Positions 17,470 to 25,575 of a stretch of DNA of 64,000 bases are shown one piece after another. A program made the translations under genes and the position numbers. The notes under the pieces were generated by a model. It did not search any database, was not told the origin of the DNA, and saw only the letters and a program-made list of their open reading frames with translations. Numbering within the stretch: the first letter of the stretch is position 1; each line of letters starts with the position of its first letter. The stretch spans positions 62,001 through 126,000 of IMG/VR virus record IMGVR_UViG_3300032214_000715. The stretch is one strand, 5' to 3'.

Positions 17470-17812
17470 ATCGGAGTCATGACTTCCGATTATGATCGAG
17501 GTTAATTACTCCTCTCTGTTAGACGCAATTTGAGTACAACTCAAGCGGCTCTTTCTAACATTTACCATAGTTCAGCACACTCAAACGGGTCTTTTCGCCA
17601 TTTCTCTTCCATGCCGTTCCACGTGAGAATGGGTAGAATGCGCTGAACTATGGTTAGTACGAGACACGATGAGCAATCCCAACTCCTCATGACCAATCGG
17701 TCACTTAGGTTAAACCTCATGCCACTTATGTACTACCATATTTGAACACACTCGCTCCCGCAATTAGACGGTTGCATTAACATCAAAAGGATGTGACGAA
17801 TGTGCTCAAATA

Positions 17813-17891
17813 TGGTACCCAGTATGGAATCGAACCGATTTCTCCAGCCGCACTTAAGAGGGTGGCGTCTTAACCAATAGACGAACTGAGT
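17813..17891 (-). ncRNA. tRNA-like RNA with distorted anticodon arm (CTCTTAA loop)
   Basis: Acceptor, D-arm, T-loop and CCA present; anticodon and T stems are bulged. Confidence 0.55.
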
Positions 17892-17981
17892 ATAACCATA
17901 TTTGAACACACTACCCAGCGTATCTAGAAAACTGTTTGTACATTAGCAATGTGCTCAAATATGGTGAAACTACGTTTTCAA

Positions 17982-18191
17982 TTACATCAACCAAATGCCG
18001 TCATAATAATATTGCCAGTGATAAGAAACACTACCAGTATCCCATTTAACCATAATTTCGTTATCATCACGGCGGCTGGCTTGTTCTATTGGAATAAGTT
18101 TATATATCATTCCCTCATTACCAGTATAAGAAGATTTTACTCTATCTCCGATTCTGAGAGACTGAAATGGAACATTCGATAGTTTTTGCAT
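17982..18191 (-). CDS. Hypothetical protein
   Basis: AGGAGG RBS. Confidence 0.7.
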   Translation of the reverse strand: MQKLSNVPFQSLRIGDRVKSSYTGNEGMIYKLIPIEQASRRDDNEIMVKWDTGSVSYHWQYYYDGIWLM

Positions 18192-18833
18192 TATGGCCTC
18201 CTATGCCATATTAAGATCCATTAAAAAATCCAAACAGTAAAATCTTTTGTGATTACTCTCCTACTATATTTGAAGATACTAGTAGACTTGCGGTCGCTTC
18301 ATCGGTGTCGTTGTGCGTCCCACTCGCATCCATTTTGTCGCTCTTTCGAGAACACCAAAACTAATACCTTCAAATATAGGCCCCACCGTTAACTGGTCAT
18401 ATCCCTAGAGTTACTTTTAGAAGGATTGTAGCACGGTGGGCACACCTGTCCTTCTCTACACTGTGTTTACTACTATTGCCTGCCCTAGGGATTAGGTACC
18501 TACCCTAGCGACTCATAGTGGATTTGTAGATAATCCGCTGCTCTTGCTAGTTTACACCATATTTTAGCAGACACGGGCCGATTCCTTATCCGTGTTTATT
18601 CTTCCCTGTGCTGGCCAGTCGGGTCGAGGCAAACTGCTAAAATATGGTGACCTGTGTTCGTATGCGGTATTGATTGACATACGGGAAAGGTCAGCGTTCC
18701 CTCTATCGGCCCTGATTTTACAGCTAGCGCGAAATTGGCGTCGGTGGTCCTAGACCTGAAGTGGTGCGGGGTCATTTCGCACGATTGCCACAAGGCTTTC
18801 GCCATCTTTCACTTACCGACATTGAATTATCAC

Positions 18834-19232
18834 TTATGATAGAAGTAATTTTTTTGATCCTTGCAGGAAATTCTGCAATTCTTTGTTTGTGCAAGCAATA
18901 GGCAAAGGAACTTTTCTCTTAACCTGCTGAACATATTTACTATCTTTGTTATTGGCATACCAATCTAGATTATCTTCCTGCATAGCAAACAAGACTGAAA
19001 TAAAACGATCTTCTTCGCCAGAATTGCTACCCACTAGTTTATATCCAACACCTAAGTTTTTTGGATGAAATTTATCCACCCATGATAAAAATTCGTTTGT
19101 TGTTATTCCTTGTGGGAAGAGATCCAAATTAGCCACACATCGCATGACATAATTTCCATACTGATCGGATTTAATCAGTTTTTTAGTTCCAACTGGAATG
19201 AGATGATCTTTTGATAAATTGAATTGTGTCAT
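18834..19232 (-). CDS. Hypothetical protein
   Basis: AAAGGT RBS before MTQF. Confidence 0.7.
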   Translation of the reverse strand: MTQFNLSKDHLIPVGTKKLIKSDQYGNYVMRCVANLDLFPQGITTNEFLSWVDKFHPKNLGVGYKLVGSNSGEEDRFISVLFAMQEDNLDWYANNKDSKYVQQVKRKVPLPIACTNKELQNFLQGSKKLLLS

Positions 19233-19257
19233 ATTGACCTTTTTAAGATAACTTGTT

Positions 19258-19332
19258 TGGTAGACCACCACGGTATCGAACCATGTTCTGTAGAGTAAGA
19301 GTCTACTGCATCACCATTAATGCTTGTGATCT
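19258..19332 (-). tRNA. tRNA-Lys(CTT)
   Basis: Cloverleaf with CCA. Confidence 0.88.
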
Positions 19333-19338
19333 ATTGAT

Positions 19339-19423
19339 TGGTGGAGTGTACTGGGATCGAACCAGTCGTGCCCGAAGGCGGCGGATTTACAGTCCACTGC
19401 ATCACCATTGATGCTTCCACTCC
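19339..19423 (-). tRNA. tRNA-Tyr(GTA)
   Basis: Type II cloverleaf with CCA. Confidence 0.93.
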
Positions 19424-19935
19424 ATTATTCTTTACCATAGTTCAACACACTACCAGTCCCGGGGACTTGAACCCCTTTGCTCTAGATAGTTTCCTGACAT
19501 TTCGGTCTGGCAAGTAATATGCTGAACTATGGTGCCAATCATTTACATTGGCTTAGGGAATTTCGGTCCTCACGGGTGCTCCGCTACATACCACCCATCT
19601 ACCATACAAATTATCCGGTCTTTGTATGTAGACTTTTTACTCTCATTTACCATATTGAAACACACTACCGCAAACTTTCAATGCACGATGCAGTCTATGG
19701 CATCCGTAATGTGCTTCAATATGGCGGCAAGTTTCGTGATAGTTTGATGACGTTGTAGAGGTTCACTATGGCGTGAACTTACAGAGCGCAATAACTTCTC
19801 CCTATCAAAAACCCACTTGCCTATTACCATAGTTCAACACACTGATGAGAATCACACTCCCCTATTTCTCACAATAGGTTACGCCTAGGAGTCACACACA
19901 GATTCGGCTGTGCTGCGATACAATACGCTGAACTA

Positions 19936-20010
19936 TGGTACCCCTGAACGGTTACGATCCGTCTTCTCAGCCTTGAAAGGGCCGTGTTCTAGCCACTAAA
20001 CTACAGGGGC
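19936..20010 (-). tRNA. tRNA-Glu(TTC)
   Basis: Cloverleaf; CCA overlaps the start of a conserved hairpin. Confidence 0.9.
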
Positions 20011-20026
20011 AAATACTCTATGCTGA

Positions 20027-20057
20027 TTCTTAAAGAACTGTTGCTGAACTCTCAGCG
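20027..20057 (-). promoter_or_regulatory. boxB-like hairpin plus boxA-like antitermination motif
   Basis: GCTGA-GAGT-TCAGC then GTTCTTTAAGAA; also at 21727-21756 and 22060-22087, boxA alone at 22874-22885. Confidence 0.65.
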
Positions 20058-20118
20058 TATGAACATATTATATGCTAACGCTGATTTATTGTCAACAGTC
20101 TTTTGTCAATTTGTTGTT

Positions 20119-20439
20119 TGGTGCCCGGAGCCGGAATCGAACCGGCACGGCCGAAGCCGAGGGATTTTAAGCGTGTTGTCTCAAAGTTTCCAATGAGCAC
20201 GGACTATCTCTTTACCTTCAACATTACTTGTTAAGGCAGTGGGCGTTCTATGCTGGTTATTAAGAGGGCTTTACCTCTCCAGTAGTCTCTACACCTTCAC
20301 TGAATGTATTCAGTGCTTGGCTCGCGATTGCCATTTTACAGGCTCTCCCGAATTAACCCACAGTTTACTCACACATTTCTGTGTGAGGGGGACGGGCTTT
20401 CTGGTCCTCCCTTGTGTCTACCTATTTCACCATCCGGGC
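20119..20439 (-). tRNA. tRNA-Leu(TAA), intron-containing
   Basis: Exons 20439-20408 and 20171-20119 rebuild AGGGA-CTTAAAA-TCCCT. Confidence 0.88.
20172..20407 (-). mobile_element. Group I intron (about 236 nt) at tRNA position 31/32
   Basis: TTAATTCGGGAGA, GTAGAGACTA and AAGAGATAGTCC core elements; terminal G. Confidence 0.85.
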
Positions 20440-20520
20440 GTTTTGTTAACTTTCCATTAATTATGTTTGTAATTTTATAGACAATATAATACATTTTAAT
20501 AACATGGTTAATGAAGTTTG

Positions 20521-20594
20521 CTGGCCTGATTGGGATCGAACCAATGACCTAACGATTAACAGTCGTTTGCTACTACCGTCTGAGCTACAGGCCA
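20521..20594 (-). tRNA. tRNA-Asn(GTT), no encoded CCA
   Basis: Cloverleaf. Confidence 0.9.
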
Positions 20595-20611
20595 GCAAAC
20601 TTCACTAATTT

Positions 20612-20689
20612 TGGTGGGAGCGGTCGGACTCGAACCGACATCTGCGCGATTATGAGTCGCGAGTCATTAACCAATTAGACGACACTCCC
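20612..20689 (-). tRNA. tRNA(CAT), probably Ile2 (lysidine type)
   Basis: Cloverleaf with CCA; third CAT tRNA, identity inferred. Confidence 0.85.
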
Positions 20690-20735
20690 AATCTTTTATC
20701 TAACAAACAAAGTATAACTGTATTATTTACAGTTG

Positions 20736-21521
20736 TCAACTAGTTCTTAGAATTTTTTCTAGTTCATCAACAATCTTATTCAGATCATTTTCTACATTAT
20801 CGCTCCAAATGTATCTTATTTTAAATCCACACATTTGAGCAAGTTGTTCTTTCTTTCTATCCTTCTGCCAGATTTCTTCTCTAGTTCCCATAGATTTATA
20901 TGGTACCTTGAATTCTTCTGTTAAAGTCTTAGGATGATACGCTATTCCTTGATATTCAACAATGTATTTTATATCTAGAAACACCAAATCATAAAAAAAT
21001 ATTTGAGAATCATCCCTTAAAAAGTATTCTCTTCCATTTTTATGAAAGAAAACATTAGTGACTTTTGGAATCTGTTCTAGAAGACGCTCAATTACAACTT
21101 GACTTTCAACCGAGGCATATGAAGTCCTCGGATTTCTCAGATTTCCCTCGCGTATCAATTGTCGAGTGTGCGCGGAAACTTCTGGTTTGTCTAAGCCCAA
21201 TTCTGCTGCCTTTGAGAACTTATTACGCCCGATCCCTAATCCTTTTTTACCCTTCATTCCATAAGAAGGGTTCTTAGTCTTTTTTTCGGGATTTTTCTTA
21301 CATAATGATTCGTGCTGAGAAATGCTATTTGAATTTTTTCCTACGAAATCACAAAACTTACATTTGTATTCAGCAAGCTTAAACTGGTCTGCTTTTTCTC
21401 TAACTAGAGAAGAGAACAATTTTCCAGTTTTACATTGCTTGGATCCATAATGGATCTTTAGATTATTAGACGTTATCTCATTTTTACATGAGATACAAGA
21501 ACATAAATATTTTGCTACCAT
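20736..21521 (-). CDS. Vsr/EDxHD-like putative homing endonuclease with Zn fingers
   Basis: YDLVF...VEYQGIAYH...KDRKK...GFKIRYIW. Confidence 0.7.
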   Translation of the reverse strand: MVAKYLCSCISCKNEITSNNLKIHYGSKQCKTGKLFSSLVREKADQFKLAEYKCKFCDFVGKNSNSISQHESLCKKNPEKKTKNPSYGMKGKKGLGIGRNKFSKAAELGLDKPEVSAHTRQLIREGNLRNPRTSYASVESQVVIERLLEQIPKVTNVFFHKNGREYFLRDDSQIFFYDLVFLDIKYIVEYQGIAYHPKTLTEEFKVPYKSMGTREEIWQKDRKKEQLAQMCGFKIRYIWSDNVENDLNKIVDELEKILRTS

Positions 21522-22137
21522 ACATCTATTTATGCTTTGACCTATTGTTCTATGTTTTTACTATATTTGAACACACTGCCAGTCCCGGGGACTTGAACCC
21601 CTTTGCTCTTGATAGTTTCCCGACATTTCGGTCCGGCAAGCAATGCGCTCAAATATAGTATCACGCTACGTCAACAGTGCTAGTATTTAGCACCTCAGTT
21701 GGCGTGATACAAAAACTCTATGCTAATTTTTAAAGATCATCGCTGATTTCTCAGCGTTGAAGACAGTATATCAGAGTTCTGATTTATTGTCAAGAAACTG
21801 CCAGGTAGCTTAATGTGTGATTTCCACTACCCTGTTACTCTGTATCAGTCTAGATTGCTCTAGCATCAACCTGCGTCACACTGTGTGCAGACAGTATCAT
21901 AACTATATCAGGACTCCCATTTATTGTCAACAACTCTCAATGATTAGATCGAAATGCACTCGCATCTGCTTTTTGAGCCGCGTGTTCTACACCCTTGATT
22001 CCTAGACTAGTACTAGAGGCGTGTGCCCATTTACACTAGCACTTCGATCTAATCACTGATTGTTAAAGAACTTGTTGATTTCTCAACTGTTAGAGACAGT
22101 ATATCAGGGTTCTGATTTATTGTCAAATTTTTGGTTA

Positions 22138-22470
22138 TCACTCCGTAGGCACAATACCAACTGCGCCACCGTGCGCCTCAATGTATGCCTCTACCAGTTC
22201 AACTGGAACATATGCAAACACGGTTTGGCTATCATCAATCGAGTCGCCACCCTCTTTGTACTCGGCCGCCTCAGGCCAAGGTGCAGACGGAAAGCCAACC
22301 TCTACAGCAGTGTAGGGACCCTCACTATCGCGTGGAGTGCAATAATGCCCCGCACTCGCCTGTACCGACAGTGTAGTACCGTCAGTGCACACAATGCCTG
22401 GGCGAACTCTTACCATGAGTCCTTCATGCGCTTCATGCGTAACCGTAGGCAGTACCAATTTGTAGCTCAT
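22138..22470 (-). CDS. Hypothetical early protein
   Basis: Own promoter 22500-22528 and RBS. Confidence 0.75.
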   Translation of the reverse strand: MSYKLVLPTVTHEAHEGLMVRVRPGIVCTDGTTLSVQASAGHYCTPRDSEGPYTAVEVGFPSAPWPEAAEYKEGGDSIDDSQTVFAYVPVELVEAYIEAHGGAVGIVPTE

Positions 22471-22710
22471 TTCTTGTTCCTTTTTTCTAACTTGAATACA
22501 GTATATCAGTTACCTGATTTATTGTCAACTGTTATCTGTAGTGTGCTTATCAGCCCATCCTGTTAATTCAAGCTATACACCCTTACCAGATGTTCACACC
22601 GTTACATGCGGGGGTTATTTCCCCTATCGTATGCCCCCGTAACGAGAGGCATATGGGCTGATAAACACACTATAGATATCTGTAATGCGTTTTAGGCTGA
22701 AGACTTCATA

Positions 22711-22780
22711 AACTCTAGAGGGATTCGAACCCTCGTCACCGACCGATGGGCCAGTGTCTTATCCGCTAGACGATAGAGAC
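22711..22780 (-). pseudogene. tRNA-like element with short anticodon loop and no CCA
   Basis: D-arm and GAGGG-TTCGAAT-CCCTC T-arm, inside long hairpin 22678-22874. Confidence 0.6.
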
Positions 22781-23108
22781 TCCCTCCTTTTTCGCTCGGC
22801 AAAGCTACTCTGATCGGGGTGAAGTAACAGACCTTCTGACGATTGCCGCCATCAGCCTAAAACACACTACAGATTGTTAAAGAACTGGACAGTTTACGCT
22901 ACTGTCAAACGAAGACCTGTAGGCTATCAGGCTGCCACGCTGATGTTAACACCGATCAACGGGATTGTGCTTCCCGAAACTTCTAGACAGTGACGGTGGG
23001 AGTTTGTTGTCCCGCTTATGTCAACAGTCTCAGAGACCCTGTTTTTTGATCAGTTCTTCAGCGTATGAATACATTATAGTTGAAGACACATTTATTGTCA
23101 AATTTTGG

Positions 23109-23339
23109 TCAATCAACTCCGAAATGTTGCTTGATTTTATCTGCATTAGTGCCACCGATCTGAAGTTGGTATTCAGCATAGTCGGCACATTTCCGAACAG
23201 TGTCTTCTATAAGCAACTCGGCGAACTTTTTTCGGTCAAATACTGTCCGGATAGTGCTCAATCCACCAGCATTCATATCAAAGTCGCAAGGCACCTTTAC
23301 CCAGCATTGATCTTCAAGTTCAAGAATTCGTTCGTTCAT
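23109..23339 (-). CDS. MNERI-family small protein, copy 3
   Basis: MNERI...KFAELL...HFGVD. Confidence 0.75.
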   Translation of the reverse strand: MNERILELEDQCWVKVPCDFDMNAGGLSTIRTVFDRKKFAELLIEDTVRKCADYAEYQLQIGGTNADKIKQHFGVD

Positions 23340-23644
23340 TTTTGTGTATCTAGATAAAAAGTGGCCACACGCAACATCGCCATTGCCTGTTCACGGTTTG
23401 TGGGGAGAGGAACCTGATCTTGTTCGATAGTTTGTTCTTCAACTCCGAAATGTTGTTCGATCCGCATAGCAATGATTAGACCAGGACCGCCAAGTTTAGA
23501 ACCATCATATTCTTGGGCAATGGACATACATTCCGCCACAATCAACTCGGCGAACTTTTCTAAATCTTGCTCAATACCAAATCGTACCATTGATACCGCA
23601 TCAAAACCAGCCTGTAGAGCAAGGTCTTTAATTCGTTCGTTCAT
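23336..23644 (-). CDS. MNERI-family small protein, copy 2
   Basis: MNERI...KFAELIVAEC...HFGVEE. Confidence 0.75.
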   Translation of the reverse strand: MNERIKDLALQAGFDAVSMVRFGIEQDLEKFAELIVAECMSIAQEYDGSKLGGPGLIIAMRIEQHFGVEEQTIEQDQVPLPTNREQAMAMLRVATFYLDTQK

Positions 23645-23895
23645 TCTTCAACTCCGTTTTTCATAAAGTCGTGTGCCCAGTCTTGAGTGTAGTCGCAGAA
23701 TGGACAGATCCATCCACGAACAGTGGGAACCAATACGCCACGATCACCAGCGACAACGGGATGATCACTACGGTTAGCACGACAAGTAAAAGGGTGCATT
23801 CTGTGTGGTAATGTAGAGTCAGTGTCGCCAAATTTTCGCCACGGTCCAAACTGATGCTGCCATAGTTTCTCTACTTCTTGTGGAGTAAAAGTCAT
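23641..23895 (-). CDS. Hypothetical Zn-binding protein
   Basis: HPFTC...WICPFC; ends GVEE. Confidence 0.7.
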   Translation of the reverse strand: MTFTPQEVEKLWQHQFGPWRKFGDTDSTLPHRMHPFTCRANRSDHPVVAGDRGVLVPTVRGWICPFCDYTQDWAHDFMKNGVEE

Positions 23896-24149
23896 TCTTC
23901 AACTCCGAAATGTCGTTTGATCTTATTTCCAACATATATCAATGCCTCGTTGAAGCCTTCATAATACTCACTTTTGGTATTGGCATATCGGCTATTCACA
24001 GATAACTCCGCACACTCTTCCACAATGAGTTCGGCAAACTTTTTTACAAACTTTTCACTATTGACTGACAATGCGATATTTGACACTGGATGCCGTGTAG
24101 TAGCATATTCATTAGCCTGTTGGGCAAGTTCAAAGATTCGTTCGTTCAT
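23892..24149 (-). CDS. MNERI-family small protein, copy 1
   Basis: MNERI...KFAELIVEEC...HFGVEE. Confidence 0.75.
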   Translation of the reverse strand: MNERIFELAQQANEYATTRHPVSNIALSVNSEKFVKKFAELIVEECAELSVNSRYANTKSEYYEGFNEALIYVGNKIKRHFGVEE

Positions 24150-24186
24150 TTTGATAGTCCTTCCGCCACACCTTGCTCATCTAGTT

Positions 24187-24402
24187 TCAAAGTTTCAAGT
24201 TTAATTGTTTCTGTGCTTTCTTTAGCGTTGATGCAGGAACATCGGTACCTACCTCATTCCAGTGTGTTGAAACATGATAAGTTCCATCGGAATTCTTTCT
24301 GTCTACTTTAACCGTTTTATTATGAAAAATATGACGAGGATTAGGATGCGTCACTACTACCCTATCACCTGGGCGATACTGGACACGAAAATCATCCATC
24401 AT
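24187..24402 (-). CDS. Hypothetical SH3/KOW-like protein
   Basis: YRPGDRVVV; ATGA-coupled start. Confidence 0.6.
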   Translation of the reverse strand: MMDDFRVQYRPGDRVVVTHPNPRHIFHNKTVKVDRKNSDGTYHVSTHWNEVGTDVPASTLKKAQKQLNLKL

Positions 24403-24593
24403 TCTTCTGACTCCCAAACAATTTCATCAGTCTCACCAAGCGGCTCGACACGAACAATCTTGGCACCGTAAATCAGGTTCTTGTTCCAGTAATTGGTCAC
24501 AGACTTCTTGACGCCGGAAACAGAATCATGACCGTAAGTGGTCCAAGACTCTACCTTACCTTCAAAGAGTGCAGTGACATGGTATGCTTTCAT
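24399..24593 (-). CDS. Hypothetical early protein
   Basis: Own promoter and AGGAG RBS. Confidence 0.7.
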   Translation of the reverse strand: MKAYHVTALFEGKVESWTTYGHDSVSGVKKSVTNYWNKNLIYGAKIVRVEPLGETDEIVWESEE

Positions 24594-24658
24594 TTCGCTT
24601 GCTCCTGTTTTCTAACTTGAATACAGTATAACAGATACCCGATTTATTGTCAAATTTG

Positions 24659-24687
24659 TGGCACCCCGGAGAGGATTCGAACCTCCA
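24659..24687 (-). pseudogene. 3' half of a split non-canonical tRNA-Arg(TCT)
   Basis: GGAGG-TTCGAAT-CCTCT-CCGGGGT-G-CCA. Confidence 0.75.
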
Positions 24688-24721
24688 TTGAGATAAATAA
24701 AATATCACGGAGAATAAATCA

Positions 24722-25318
24722 ATGTTTCACTATGTCTATAGAATTACTAATATAAAAAACAATAAACACTATTATGGCAAAAGATCATCTAAAGTTACTC
24801 CATTTGAAGATTTAGGCAAAAAATATTTCAGTTCCTGTAAAGATAAGTTATTTATTAATGAGCAAAAAAAATTTCCCCAAAATTTCAAATATAAAGTAAT
24901 AAGATGCTTCAATAGCTCAACTAGTGCTATAAATTTTGAAATAAAATTACACAATAAATTTCAAGTAGATATCTCACCTCATTTTTATAATAGGGCAAAA
25001 CAAACATCTAATAAATTTCAGACATCTTACGTTTCTATCGATACTAGAAAAAAATTATCAGATGCGACCAGAAAGACTAATATAGGTGCTATAACGTCTA
25101 AAAAAAGAGCGGAATCTAATAGAAAAAATGGAGACGTTAAATGGCAAAAATATATAGAAATAGTAAACGCTTCCACTATTGATTTTACCAAATATGGGTG
25201 GGCTAAATTATTGGCCGACCTACTAGGAATATCTCATCAACAATCGTCCAAATGGCTCAAAAGGCATTGCCCTGAAATTTATTCAACGTGTTTCAAACGA
25301 AAAAATGGTCCCGCGTAG
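24722..25318 (+). CDS. GIY-YIG homing endonuclease (Seg-like)
   Basis: HYVYRITNIKNNKHYYGKR...YFSS...E...FYN. Confidence 0.88.
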   Translation: MFHYVYRITNIKNNKHYYGKRSSKVTPFEDLGKKYFSSCKDKLFINEQKKFPQNFKYKVIRCFNSSTSAINFEIKLHNKFQVDISPHFYNRAKQTSNKFQTSYVSIDTRKKLSDATRKTNIGAITSKKRAESNRKNGDVKWQKYIEIVNASTIDFTKYGWAKLLADLLGISHQQSSKWLKRHCPEIYSTCFKRKNGPA

Positions 25319-25380
25319 TTGAATCGAACAACTATTCCAAATTTAGAAGATTTGTATATTTTCCATTATATGAACGCGAG
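25306..25380 (-). tRNA. tRNA-Arg(TCT), canonical, nested
   Basis: Cloverleaf with CCA. Confidence 0.88.
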
Positions 25381-25388
25381 AAATTCTT

Positions 25389-25439
25389 ATCACTCCAATT
25401 ACACTGCTACGCTTTAGAAGAGCGTTGTGGTACCGAGGT
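25389..25439 (-). pseudogene. 5' half of a split non-canonical tRNA-Arg(TCT)
   Basis: ACCTCGG-TACCACA-ACGCT-CTTCTAA-AGCGT-AGCAGTGTAATTGGAG. Confidence 0.75.
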
Positions 25440-25492
25440 ATAGATTCAAAGTATATCTGGTGTTTGATTATTTGTCAAGTGTTTGTGTTGAT

Positions 25493-25575
25493 TGGTGCTG
25501 AAGGTGAGACTCGAACTCACGTAGGTTTCCCGACGGCTTACAAAACCGTTGCAATTGCCGCTATGCGACTCCAGC
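25493..25575 (-). tRNA. tRNA-Thr(TGT) with long variable arm
   Basis: Cloverleaf, GG-GAAA-CC extra arm, CCA. Confidence 0.88.

Larger units (their letters stand above)
17303..21660 (-). repeat. Dispersed family of 10 conserved long-stem hairpins with variable inserts
   Basis: Units at 17303-17373, 17564-17654, 17735-17816, 17895-17965, 18264-18379, 18555-18649, 19434-19533, 19649-19725, 19825-19940 and 21559-21660; consensus approximately CCATAtttgagCRCATT...AGTGTGttcaaaTATGG. Confidence 0.85.

Noticed and set aside
13060-20460. Short ORFs overlapping tRNAs and introns
   Set aside because: Explained by the RNA genes.
17303-21660. CRISPR array interpretation of the repeated stems
   Set aside because: Repeats are inverted pairs with covarying interiors and irregular spacing, interleaved with tRNAs; no cas genes in the window.
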